Shown: positions 51,501 through 64,000 of the stretch, piece by piece
Position numbering within the stretch: the first letter of the stretch is position 1
Layout: the number at the start of each line of letters is the position of its first letter
Assembly (NCBI GenBank): GCA_964035545.1
Contig: CAXIUT010000255.1
Span: 1 to 64,000, forward strand
DNA from: Bugula neritina
Taxonomy: Eukaryota; Animalia; Bryozoa
Length of the DNA: 64,000 nt
Direction of reading: 5' to 3'
The notes under the pieces: generated by a model
What the model was told of the DNA's origin: nothing
What the model saw: only the letters and a program-made list of their open reading frames with translations
The model's database searches: none
Made by a program: the position numbers and the translations under genes

Positions 51501-53820
51501 ATCTACGATAGGTAGTTGCATGGCTAGGTCTGTTGCTACATTGGTTAGAACCTAGCAACCAGGCACATGCTTCTTGACTGTTTAGATAATTGGTCCTGAG
51601 TCTCTATCTGGAGAATCTTTGGTGAAGGTTATTGTGTATCCTACTCCAAACTTATTCTTGAGGAAGATGCTTGAACCGCAGCACATCAACTTTCCATCGC
51701 CCATAATACCAATCCTATCTCCTAAGTAATCGGCTTCGTCCATGAAGTGAGTAGTTAAAATAACTATTCTATCGTTTTTGTAGCTTTTAAGTAAGTCCCA
51801 GATATAACGTCTAGCAGAAGCATCCATTCCTGAGGTTGGCTCGTCTAAGATGATTACTTTCGATCTCCCTGCAAAGGCAATAGCAACTGATAGTCTTCTT
51901 TTCTGTCCTCCTGAAAGGTTCTTAGAATACTCTTCTCTTTTCTAGTTAAGGTTGACATCTGCTATTAGTCTCTAGACTTCATCTATCAGTTACTGTCCTT
52001 AAAGTCCTTTGAAAGAAGAAAATAGCTCAAGGTGCTATTGAACTGTCAGGTCCTAGTAGAGAGTATCATGTTGAGGACAGACTCCTAGATTCTATCTGAT
52101 TTTTTGAGTTTAGGTTTATCCTAGAACTGAGAGATACCCATCAGATGGAGATGTCATGCCTGATAGCATAGAAATAGAAGTAGTTTTTCCTGCTCCATTA
52201 TGTCCAAGTAAAGCAAATATCTGACCTTGGAACATACTAACAGTCAGGTCATCAACAGCTAGTGTAGAATCTGACCCACTTCCAAACTACTTTCTAAGTC
52301 CGACTATTTCAATAGCTCTGTTATGTTGTTCTTCTGCTACTAGGGCTTATTCAACTGGCTAGTACTTATCTGAGTAACCTGGTAGTAACTGCTTTTATCT
52401 TTTGCGTCTATTTTTTTATTATACAGAGATGCTGGTGTTGTCTGAATTGCAACAGAAGAGAGGATGACGTTTTGACCCCCATTCATTAGGGATGACCTGA
52501 TCGAGATACCATGTTAGAAATAGATAAAATATAGTATTAAGAACAAAACTTAGGAGTGCATATCCTATGACGTAGTGATTAGTGGTTGAACTAAAATCTG
52601 GAGTTATTTGGAAGCTTTAAGCATAGACCATAGTCTGGAAGGCTAAGACCATGGCTGCATGAGGAACAATACTAAGAGCTCCATTGACTCCGATTGAAGG
52701 ATTATCTGAATTGGTGGCAATAAAGGATAGAATATATTGAACGAGGAAGAAGAGCAAGGAGATGACAACACCTATTTTAGCTCTTGTAATAAAGACTTGT
52801 ATGAAGAAGACTTGAACAATAAGGACAATAGCAAAGAAGATATAGAGAATTAAGGGTATCATAATGGGTACATTGCTAAGAGATCGAACGAATAGAATCG
52901 AACAGAGTAAGCCAATTACTAGATAGACCATGAGGTATCGAAAGAACCAGCTGAAGAAGTATGTACTTCCTTTCATGCCCATAATATACATACTTTATCT
53001 GACTTTGGTCTATGTTATGTTATTTGTACCTCTTTCTAAGTGAGCATGATCGAAGTTTGTCTGAGATAGAGTAATAGAAGAGGCAGAACTACTAAAAATC
53101 CAACAAATCCTCCTAAATTCTCATAGATATTATCCAATGTGAATGTTTATTGGTAGAGTGGTGAGACATCATTTTGAAAATAGTTAGTATTTGCTGTTTA
53201 TACTTGAAGAATGGCGTTGTTGACTAGAGTATTAGCTCCTATCATTCCTTTTGATAAAGCTTTCTAATAAATTTCGAGATCAATTCCTTTATCTTGAGTT
53301 AGATCTAGTGTTGGAATCGGTCCATCTGTTCTATCTTCATTTAGACTGACATTAAACCTTAGTTTGTAGTCATAGTTTCCAGATGATGAACTCTGAACTG
53401 TTATACCGAAACACATTCTGACAGAGTTTTGATAATTTTCACTTCTGATGTAGGTTTAAAAATCAGATTAAGAACTAAAGATATTGGTAGAATATCCTAG
53501 ACCAGTTACTAAGCTGTCGATTCTTGTCACTAGAGCATCCCCAGCTGGTGCTAGTCCTATTTATTGATTGGTACAATTTCTTAATGGTTGAATAGATACT
53601 TAAGAAAAGATGAGTTTGCGTCGATACTTGTGATAGCGCGTGAATATTATGCGTTTCCGATGAAGGATTGTTCGTTAGTTGTGGTTGGAGCATCAATTCC
53701 TTTGATCACAGAAACAAAGAGGATGAAGATGACTGGTACTAGTATTTCTAGGATGTTTCCCAAAATTCCTCTTTTATAGAGTAGCCAGTTTTTGTAAAAC
53801 AGAGCTGAGAGCTGTCCCAT
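48583..53820 (-). CDS. ABCA-subfamily full transporter
   Basis: Two NBDs ([29 protein letters not shown] and [20 protein letters not shown]), [18 protein letters not shown], two TMDs. Confidence 0.95.
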
Positions 53821-54271
53821 TATAATTATATTCTTTTTTGTTGGGATAAGACCACTTATATCATGATGAAAATTAATATTTCTGATCAGATTAAAAATCT
53901 ATTAATAAAAATTAAGTTTGAATAATCAAGTGGAACAACTAATAAACTGTCAAAAAATTATTTTAGTTTTGATAAATAACTATTTTCAGTCATTAAGAGT
54001 CATTTTTTTAATCTTTTCTGACCAATAGCATCTATCAATATGGTGTCTTTGTTCTTTTTTACTTACTTTTTTTGCTTTAAATCTTCAATTATTCTCATTT
54101 GCAGATTGAATTCTATCGAATTATGTTTTGATCTATCTGATTTTGAGACATTTTCACTACTTTTTTTGATTCTAAATGATGTTTTTTGTTCTCTCTATCG
54201 ATCTATTTTTATATCTAAAGATTAAATATCGCCTATTAAAAAAATAAACTACTTTATTCATGTTTGAAATA

Positions 54272-54408
54272 TAACTATTGATAGATGAAACTGTTGATAA
54301 GATATAACTATTGATAAGATATAGCTATTAATAAGATGAAACTATTGATAAGATGTAACTGTTGATAATGTATAACTATTAATGAGATGCAACTGTTGAT
54401 AAGATATA
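54272..54408. repeat. 17-bp minisatellite AACTRTTGATAAGATAT, ~8 copies (again at ~58596-58732)
   Basis: Period of 17 read directly from the sequence. Confidence 0.85.
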
Positions 54409-54449
54409 GTTGTCCAAAAGATATATTTGTGATCGATTCTTTACTATAA

Positions 54450-54931
54450 ATATCACAGAAGAAGCTATCAGTCTTCTAAACAAACGCTTTGTACCTTCTA
54501 GTATTGTTTGATAAATCATATTCTTTGGCAACTACCTAAGACAGTTACTATCTTTGTCTAAAATCCTTTTTCTTTATTCTAAATTTGAGATTGATTTTTT
54601 GTTTGAATTTTAATTCTTGGAATATTAAGTTAGTTAGCTGACTAAGTAGGCGGTGTCGACTGTGATAGTTAGCTCTCTTTTGTATCTCGCTTTGAAAGTA
54701 TTGAGACCCCATTGATCTCCCAACTGACTAGCCAAGACTGATAACCTTGACTGCATGTTTTTTTTTATCTTTCAAAAGCTTCGAATCGATAAGCCAACTC
54801 TTTTCGATCTACAAGAAAGCTTTAATCTTGACTATTTGTTTTTATAAGTATCAACTCAATGTCATTGATGATCCTTTCGAAAAATAGTCTCTTAAAGACA
54901 TCATCATAGACCAAGATTCTTGATTATCCAT
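54450..54931 (-). other. Possible hypothetical gene or gene remnant in the duplicated unit (copy at ~58774-59255)
   Basis: Coding-like composition and a long TGA-free frame, but no motif and unclear boundaries. Confidence 0.3.
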
Positions 54932-55432
54932 TTGTATTAGATAAAATAATTATTGATGGATGGTTCTTCTAGAGCTAGAGTTACTTCAAACTAGAAGAAA
55001 GAACTTGGGATAACTTGAATCGACATCACTCATAATATTTTATGGAACAAATGAAAAAAAAAATAATTTCGACTTTAGAAAATATTAGAAAAAAAACATT
55101 TTATTTGATCAATATTAACTAATCCATCTTGTATCAGTCTTCATCAACAATATATATAAGAAGATAGTCAATGAAAAATCGTTTAATTTTACTTTTTCTT
55201 TTTTTCTTTTTAAAATCACTCAGTGAAAATAAACATCTTTAGAGCTAAATTTAAACTCCAATTAGGGTCTAGTTCTATATTATGTTTGAAATATTTATTC
55301 CCGATGGTAAATTCTTTTTAGAAACTTAATAAATAAGGTTTTCAGAACATTATAACTGATAATTAAAAGCAAGTGATTTTCTTAGATAAATGGAAGGTTT
55401 ATTTAGAATTCTTTACATTTATATTCTTCTAA

Positions 55433-58078
55433 ATGAAAGGAATCAAAGTCCTACTTCTGATAGTAGTACTTCTTGGTTCTCTTAACGCCTAGATGATCCA
55501 ACTTGGATCTGATAGCATCTTTAGTAGCATCACGAAGGGATCAGATAACTCCATTTTCGGAAATGGAAATTCCATGGGAGGAAGTCCCAGTTCAGAAGCT
55601 GGAGGTTCTATCCTTGGAATGGGAAATTCCATTGGAGGAAATCCTAGTTTAGAAACTGGAGGATCTAATCTTGGAATGGGAAATTCCATGGGAGGAAATC
55701 CTAGTTTAGAAACTGGAGGATCTAATCTTGGAATGGGAAATTCCATGGGAGGAAATCCTAGTTTAGAAACTGGAGGATCTAATCTTGGAATTGTTGGCAA
55801 TGGAAATATGCCAAAAGATAACTTAAATAGTATATTTGGAAATGGAAATAAAGATCCTGGTTCTGCCAACAATATTGATGGATCAAGTAATAGCCTCTTA
55901 GAAGATAGCAGTTCCATTGGTGGAAGTGGAAATATGCTCAGTGGAGATCTAAGTTCTATCTTTGGCAATGAAATTGCAGAAAATAATTGTCCAAATCAAC
56001 CATCACCACCACATCCTTAACCTTAACCTGAACCTCCACTACCACTACCACCACCTCCTTAACCTTAACCACCCCCTCCTTAGCCTTAACCTTACCCTTA
56101 ACCTGAACCTTAACCACCACTACCACCACATCCTTAACCTGAACCACCACCACCACCACAACCACCACCTTAACCTTAACCTTAACCACCACTACCACCA
56201 CATCCTTAACCTGAACCACCGCCACCACCACCACCACCACCACCACCATCACCACCACCACCACCACCACCACCACCACCACCACCACCACCACCACCAC
56301 CACCACCACCACCACCACCACCACCACCACCACCACCACCACCACCACCACCACCACCACCACCACCACCACCACCACCACCACCACCACCACCACCACC
56401 ACCACCACCACCACCACCACCTTAACCTTAACCACCACTACCACCACATCCTTAACCTGAACCACCGCCACCACCACCACCACCGCCACCACCACCACCA
56501 CCACCACCGCCACCACCACCACCACCACCACCACCACCACCACCACCACCACCACCACCACCACCACCACCACCACCACCACCACCACCACCACCACCAC
56601 CACCACTTCCTTAACCTGAACCACCACTACCACCACCACCACCACCACCACCACCACCACCACCACCACCACCACCACCACCACCACCACCACCACCACC
56701 ACCACCACCACCACCACCACCACCCCCTCCTTAACCTTAACCACCACTACCACCACTTCCACCACTTCCTTAACCTTAACCACCACTACCACCACTTCCT
56801 TAACCATAACCTGAACCTGAGCCTTCTTTCCCATCAGAACAACCTCCTCTTTAACCTCAACCTCCATCTTAACCGTTTCCCTAACCACCTTCACCACCAG
56901 GTAGAAGAGGGCCGCCAAGAAGAAAACCACCAGGTAGAAGAGGGCCGCCAAGAAGAAAACCACCAGGTAGAAGAGGGCCGCCAAGAAGAAAACCACCAGG
57001 TAGAAGAGGGCCGCCAAGAAGAAAACCACCAGGTAGAAGAGGGCCGCCAAGAAGAAAACCACCAGGTAGAAGAGGGCCGCCAAGAAGAAAACCACCAGGT
57101 AGAAGAAGGCCGCCAAGAAGAAAACCACCAGGTAGAAGAGGGCCAAGAAGAAAACCTTGTAGAGGAGGAAAATGTAGAAGAGGAGGAAAACCTAGAAGAG
57201 GAGGAAAATGTAGAAGAGGAGGAAAACCTAGAAGAGGAAGAAAACCTAGAAGAGGAAGAAAACCTAGAAGAGGAAGAAAACCTAGAAGAGGAAGAAAACC
57301 TAGAAGAGGAAGAAAACCTAGAAGAGGAAGAAAACCTAGAAGAGGAAGAAAACCTAGAAGAAGACATCCTTATAGAAATAGAAGACAACCAAGGAGAAGA
57401 AGACATCCTTATAGAAATAGAAGACAACCAAGGAGAAGAAGACATCCTCAAAGGAATAGAAGACAACCAAGGAGAAGAAGACATCCTCAAAGGAATAGAA
57501 GACAACCAAGGAGAAGAAGACATCCTCAAAGGAATAGAAGACAACCAAGGAGAAGAAGACATCCTCAAAGGAATAGAAGACAACCAAGGAGAAGAAGACA
57601 TCCTCAAAGGAATAGAAGACAACCAAGGAGAAGAAGACATCCTCAAAGGAATAGAAGACAACCAAGGAGAAGAAGACATCCTCAAAGGAATAGAAGACAA
57701 CCAAGGAGAAGAAGACATCCTCAAAGGAATAGAAGACAACCAAGGAGAAGAAGACATCCTCAAAGGAATAGAAGACAACCAAGGAGAAGACATCCTCAAA
57801 GGAATAGAAGACAACCAAGGAGAAGAAGACATCCTCAAAGGAATAGAAGACAACCAAGGAGAAGAAGACATCCTCAAAGGAATAGAAGACAACCAAGGAG
57901 AAGAAGACAACCAAGGAGACATCGACCAGCTCCCAGAAGACACAGATCCTCTCCTAGAAGACACAGACCCTCTCCCAGAAGACATAGACCAACTTCTAGA
58001 AGAGGTGGAGGAAGAAGAGGAGGAAGAAGAGGAGGAGGAAGAAGAAGAGGAGGAGGAGGAAGAAGAAGACGTAGATGA
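55433..58078 (+). CDS. Secreted block-repeat protein 5 (881 aa): G/N/S repeats, PE/poly-Pro, Arg-rich blocks
   Basis: Signal MKGIKVLLLIVVLLGSLNA; one continuous frame with TAA=Glu; ends RRRRR-TGA. Confidence 0.85.
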
Positions 58079-59756
58079 TCTACTATCTTTTACTTTTAAT
58101 CATATATTTTGGAGTCAAATAATACTAGTTAATTATTATTGATTCTTAACTATGAATTTAAAGAATAAAAGTTGATAAGATAATATTTATTATTAATAAA
58201 TCTATATTATATTTGAAAAAAAATCTATTAATAAAAATTAAGTTTGAATAATCAAGTGGAACAACTAATAAACTGTCAAAAAATTATTTTAGTTTTGATA
58301 AATAACTATTTTCAGTCATTAAGAGTCATTTTTTTAATCTTTTCTGACCAATAGCATCTATCAATATGGTGTCTTTGTTCTTTTTTACTTACTTTTTTGC
58401 TTTAAATCTTCAATTATTCTCATTTGCAGATTGAATTCTATCGAATTATGTTTTGATCTATCTGATTTTGAGACATTTTCACTACTTTTTTTGATTCTAA
58501 ATGATGTTTTTTGTTCTCTCTATCGATCTATTTTTATATCTAAAGATTAAATATCGCCTATTAAAAAAATAAACTACTTTATTCATGTTTGAAATATAAC
58601 TATTGATAGATGAAACTGTTGATAAGATATAACTATTGATAAGATATAGCTATTAATAAGATGAAACTATTGATAAGATGTAACTGTTGATAATGTATAA
58701 CTATTAATGAGATGCAACTGTTGATAAGATATAGTTGTCCAAAAGATATATTTGTGATCGATTCTTTACTATAAATATCACAGAAGAAGCTATCAGTCTT
58801 CTAAACAAACGCTTTGTACCTTCTAGTATTGTTTGATAAATCATATTCTTTGGCAACTACCTAAGACAGTTACTATCTTTGTCTAAAATCCTTTTTCTTT
58901 ATTTTAAATTTGAGATTGATTTTTTGTTTGAATTTTAATTCTTGGAATATTAAGTTAGTTAGCTGACTAAGTAGGCGGTGTCGACTGTGATAGTTAGCTC
59001 TCTTTTGTATCTCGCTTTGAAAGTATTGAGACCCCATTGATCTCCCAACCGACTAGCCAAGACTGATAACCTTGACTGCATGTTTTTTTTTATCTTTCAA
59101 AAGCTTCGAATCGATAAGCCAACTCTTTTCGATCTACAAGAAAGCTTTAATCTTGACTATTTGTTTTTATAAGTATCAACTCAATGTCATTGATGATCCT
59201 TTCGAAAAATAGTCTCTTAAAGACATCATCATAGACCAAGATTCTTGATTATCCATTTGTATTAGATAAAATAATTATTGATGGATGGTTCTTCTAGAGC
59301 TAGAGTTACTTCAAACTAGAAGAAAGAACTTGGGATAACTTGAATCGACATCACTCATAATATTTTATGGAACAAATGAAAAAAAAAATAATTTCGACTT
59401 TAGAAAATATTAGAAAAAAAACATTTTATTTGATCAATATTAACTAATCCATCTTGTATCAGTCTTCATCAACAATATATATAAGAAGATAGTCAATGAA
59501 AAATCGTTTAATTTTACTTTTTCTTTTTTTCTTTTTAAAATCACTCAGTGAAAATAAACATCTTTAGAGCTAAATTTAAACTCCAATTAGGGTCTAGTTC
59601 TATATTATGTTTGAAATATTTATTCCCGATGGTAAATTCTTTTTAGAAACTTAATAAATAAGGTTTTCAGAACATTATAACTGATAATTAAAAGCAAGTG
59701 ATTTTCTTCATAAATGGAAGATTTATTTAGAATTCTTTACATTTATATTCTTCTAA

Positions 59757-62000
59757 ATGAAAGGAATCAAAGTCCTACTTCTGATAGTAGTACTTCTTGG
59801 TTCTCTTAACGCCTAGATGATCCAACTTGGATCTGATAGCATCTTTAGTAGCATCACGAAGGGATCAGATAACTCCATTTTCGGAAATGGAAATTCCATG
59901 GGAGGAAGTCCCAGTCCAGAAGCTGGAGGTTCTATCCTTGGAATGGGAAATTCCATTGGAGGAAATCCTAGTTTAGAAACTGGAGGATCTAATCTTGGAA
60001 TGGGAAATTCCATTGGAGGAAATCCTAGTTTAGAAACTGGAGGATCTAATCTTGGAATGGGAAATTCCATGGGAGGAAATCCTAGTTTAGAAACTGGAGG
60101 ATCTAATCTTGGAATGGGAAATTCCATGGGAGGAAATCCTAGTTTAGAAACTGGAGGATCTAATCTTGGAATTGTTGGCAATGGAAATATGCCAAAAGAT
60201 AACTTAAATAGTATATTTGGAAATGGAAATAAAGATCCTGGTTCTGCCAACAATATTGATGGATCAAGTAATAGCCTCTTAGAAGATAGCAGTTCCATTG
60301 GTGGAAGTGGAAATATGCTCAGTGGAGATCTAAGTTCTATCTTTGGCAATGAAATTGCAGAAAATAATTGTCCAAATCAACCATCACCATCACCATCACC
60401 ATCACCATCACCATCACCATCACCATCACCATCACCATCACCATCACCATCACCATCACCATCACCATCACCATCACCATCACCATCACCATCACCATCA
60501 CCATCACCATCACCATCACCATCACCATCACCATCACCATCACCATCACCATCACCATCACCATCACCATCACCACCACCATCACCATCACCACCACCAC
60601 CACCACCACCACCACCACCACCACCACCACCACCTTAACCTTAACCACCACTACCACCACTACCACCACTACCACCACATCCTTAACCTGAACCACCACT
60701 ACCACCACTTCCACCACTTCCTTAACCTTAACCTTAACCTTAACCACCACTACCACCACTACCACCACTTCCTTAACCTGAACCTGAACCTGAACCACCA
60801 CTACCACCACTTCCACCACTTCCTTAACCTTAACCTGAACCTTAACCTGAACCACCACTACCACCACTACCACCACTTCCACCACTTCCTTAACCTTAAC
60901 CTTAACCACCACTACCACCACTTCCTTAACCATAACCTGAACCTGAGCCTTCTTTCCCATCAGAACAACCTCCTCTTTAACTTTAACCTCAACCTCCATC
61001 TTAACCGTTTCCCTAACCACCTTCACCAGGTAGAGGAGGAGGAGGAGGAGGAGGAGGAGGAGGAGGAAAACGTAGAGGAGGAGGAAAACGTAGAGGAGGA
61101 GGAAAAATGAGAAGAGGAGGAGGAAAACGTAGAGGAGGAGGAAAACGTAGAGGAGGAGGAAAAATGAGAAGAGGAGGAGGAAAACGTAGAGGAGGAGGAG
61201 GAAAAATGAGAAGAGGAGGAGGAGGAAAACGTAGAGGAGGAGGAAAACGTAGAGGAGGAGGAAAAAATGAGAAGAGGAGGAGGAAAACGTAGAAGAGGAG
61301 GAAAAATGAGAAGAGGAGGAGGAAAACGTAGAGGAGGAGGAAAACGTAGAGGAGGAGGAAAAATGAGAAGAGGAGGAGGAAAACGTAGAGGAGGAGGAGG
61401 AAAAATGAGAAGAGGAGGAGGAAAACGTAGAAGAGGAAGAAAACCTAGAAGAAATAGAAGACAACCTAGAAGAAATAGAAGACAACCTAGGAGAAGAAGA
61501 CATCCTAAAAGAAATAGAAGACAACCAAGGAGAAGAAGACAACCAAGAAGAAGAAGACAACCAAGGAGAAGAAGAAAACCTAGAAGAAAAAGACAACCAA
61601 GAAGAAGAAGACAACCAAGGAGAAGAAGAAAACCTAGAAGAAAAAGACAACCAAGAAGAAGAAGACAACCAAGAAGAAGAAGACAACCAAGGAGAAGAAG
61701 ACAGCCTAGAAGAAAAAGACAACCAAGGAGAAGAAGACAACCAAGGAGAAGAAGACAGCCAAGAAGAAAAGACAACCAAGGAGAAGAAGACATCCTCAAA
61801 GGAATAGAAGACAACCAAGGAGAAGAAGACAACCAAGGAGACATCGACCAGCTCCCAGAAGACACAGATCCTCTCCTAGAAGACACAGACCCTCTCCCAG
61901 AAGACATAGACCAACTTCTAGAAGAGGTGGAGGAAGAAGAGGAGGAAGAAGAGGAGGAGGAAGAAGAAGAGGAGGAGGAGGAAGAAGAAGACGTAGATGA
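59757..62000 (+). CDS. Secreted block-repeat protein 6 (~747 aa): G/N/S repeats, (SP)n, PE/Pro, Arg/Gly-rich blocks
   Basis: Paralog of protein 5; compensating +1 and -1 shifts near 61265 and 61768 leave ATG and TGA in frame. Confidence 0.8.
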
Positions 62001-62838
62001 TCTACTATCTTTTACTTTTAATCATATATTTTGGAGTCAAATAATACTAGTTAATTATTATTGATTCTTAACTATGAATTTAAAGAATAAAAGTTGATAA
62101 GATAATATTTATTATTAATAAATCTATATTATATTTGAAAAAAAATCTATTAATAAAAATTAAGTTTGAATAATCAAGTGGAACAACTAATAAACTGTCA
62201 AAAAATTATTTTAGTTTTGATAAATAACTATTTTCAGTCATTAAGAGTCATTTTTTTAATCTTTTCTGACCAATAGCATCTATCAATATGGTGTCTTTGT
62301 TCTTTTTTACTTACTTTTTTGCTTTAAATCTTCAATTATTCTCATTTGCAGATTGAATTCTATCGAATTATGTTTTGATCTATCTGATTTTGAGACATTT
62401 TCACTACTTTTTTTGATTCTAAATGATGTTTTTTGTTCTCTCTATCGATCTATTTTTATATCTAAAGATTAAATATCGCCTATTAAAAAAATAAACTACT
62501 TTATTCATGTGTTTTAATCAACTTTAGAAAACTTTTCAATATTTAATGATGTATTGATGATCATTTATCTTAAGAAAAATAATATTTTATTGATATAAAA
62601 TCATAAGTTAGATTAAATTTCTTCTGACAAACAATTTGATTTATTTTTTTTATAAAAAAATCAAATATTTTTCTTTTTTCGACATCTGAAAAAGGCATTT
62701 AATGTAAATGCTAAAAGCATAAATATGAATTAAATTAAATTAAAAATAATCGAAATATTAGCAATTAGTAGTATAAAAGTAAATAGGAGAATAATATGTT
62801 TATTCAATGATATATTATTTGATTGATCGTATTGATAG

Positions 62839-63676
62839 ATGAATAATCAATTCTAGAAAGCAAGATTAACTATACAAGACTGCTCTTTCCCTAATTTTTA
62901 TAAAGAATAACGAAATAAGCAAAAATAAAGTCACAAAAAAGGTATTATTAGTCTTCAGTCATAATCACTTCACAATAAACACAAATAACACATTATGAAA
63001 CATAAATAGAATAGTCGTTAGATAAATGAAATCAAACAGTAATAAAACAAGTTAAAATATCAAAAAGGGAAATCACTTAATGGCTATTAGTTTGGTTTGT
63101 TGCAGAAATAAATATATTTTCCTAGTTTGCCTTCAAAGAAATAGACAAATAATAATAATTCATAAGAAGGAATAAGATCTTACAGTTCAACTAAGCTGAT
63201 CCCAAGTCATCATCATAAGCAGAAAGGCAGAAAGGCAGAAAGCCATATATTTAGGATGCAATAAAACTTATAGAGAGTTTAAAAAAACATGAAAAAGATC
63301 ACAATAAACTAACTAAAGACAACATAATTTTAAAATAAAGAAATAAAAGTGGATCTTAAGTTGAAGAAATTGTCTTCTTTCAAATCAAAAATGACATCTA
63401 ATGGTAAAAATCATTTGAACAGGTTGACAAATGGTGTTTTGATACCAGAATAGTTACATAGTTAGAGGTGTTAGTAAAAGTTATATGATAATAATAATTT
63501 CAATTTACAGATGAAGAACACTGTGAGGTTTTAATTTGATAGCAACCTTCATGTTTAAAAAAACAAATAAAAGTAAATGGAAAAAAAAAAACAGTATAAA
63601 ATTTAAGGATGGAAATAGGATAGGTATTTCGTGCCTATAGGATTTTATATGTGATTTATCTTAGTTATTTTATTGA
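62839..63676 (+). CDS. Hypothetical protein
   Basis: Long frame from ATG 62839 with probable introns; no motif recognised. Confidence 0.4.
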
Positions 63677-63693
63677 TTTTATATTCATTAATA

Positions 63694-64000
63694 TCATTCC
63701 ACTTTGTTGGCTGTTGATTTATCGAGTTTGCTTAGCATTTAGACCTGTTTGGCTGGATGTTCAGGTGAATTGATTTTTTAATCTGTTTATGACTTGAATA
63801 ATTGTTTAGATGTTTTTTTCTATATTATTTTAGGATGTTAATGTTTTTGTTCACTTTTTTTCATACTCTATAATCCTAAATCTTGTTATTTAAGCGTTGA
63901 TCTTTAAGGACCTTTTATTTTACCTGGAATTTTATCTTTGTATTGTTCTTGATGGTTGAACTGAGAAAGATATGATCCATATTTACTATCGTTGGCTAGA
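63694..64000 (-). CDS. 3' end of a hypothetical protein extending beyond the window
   Basis: Open minus-strand frame ending ANKVE-TGA. Confidence 0.4.

Larger units (their letters stand above)
53893..62510. repeat. Tandem segmental duplication: two units (~4.3 kb and ~3.9 kb) plus a 370-bp partial third
   Basis: AAAAATCTATTAATAAAAATTAAG starts units at 53893, 58219 and 62141; non-repetitive parts are nearly identical. Confidence 0.93.

Noticed and set aside
55962-58142. 726-aa poly-His/poly-Glu ORF, and the similar ORF at 60343-61110
   Set aside because: Shifted reading of CCA/AGA repeats. The Pro/Arg frame has the signal peptide, the family homology and is continuous once TAA=Glu.
55956-61907. 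Minus-strand poly-Val, poly-Ser and Leu/Phe ORFs
   Set aside because: Antisense shadows of low-complexity coding repeats
1-64000. Tetrahymena/Paramecium code (TAR=Gln), or widespread pseudogenisation
   Set aside because: Conserved motifs require Glu at TAR, and the genes are otherwise intact

Overview
Left end of an AT-rich, gene-dense ciliate macronuclear chromosome. It starts with a (C4A2)n telomere, has 20-23 nt introns, and many intergenic gaps are under 70 bp. In-frame TAA/TAG codons sit at invariant Glu positions (TTHSM**AEAL, GTGG*SIWG, PNR*LC, YTW*EVAKH). The code is therefore the peritrich nuclear code (TAR=Glu, TGA the only stop), and the supplied standard-code ORF track is fragmented and often in the wrong frame. 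Housekeeping genes include katanin p80, SAS-6, cytochrome b5, MYBBP1A/Pol5, RBM5/10, Gemin5-like, RBBP4, GNL3, DDX31, TTLL, PPWD1, a CK1-like kinase, an ABCA transporter and an RNase MRP-type RNA. The most unusual content is a six-member family of secreted modular proteins in two tandem-duplicated clusters (10.8-18.9 kb and 55.4-62.0 kb). Each has a signal peptide and N-x-(V/I/F)-x-G-x-x heptad repeats resembling the ryegrass ice-binding beta-roll. Most then have a Pro-rich linker and a hypervariable Arg/Gly/Cys polycationic tail, and five share an upstream motif. Four internal (G4T2)n arrays share one polarity, and one lies inside the PPWD1 coding sequence. All translations were done by eye, so ends of intron-containing genes are approximate.
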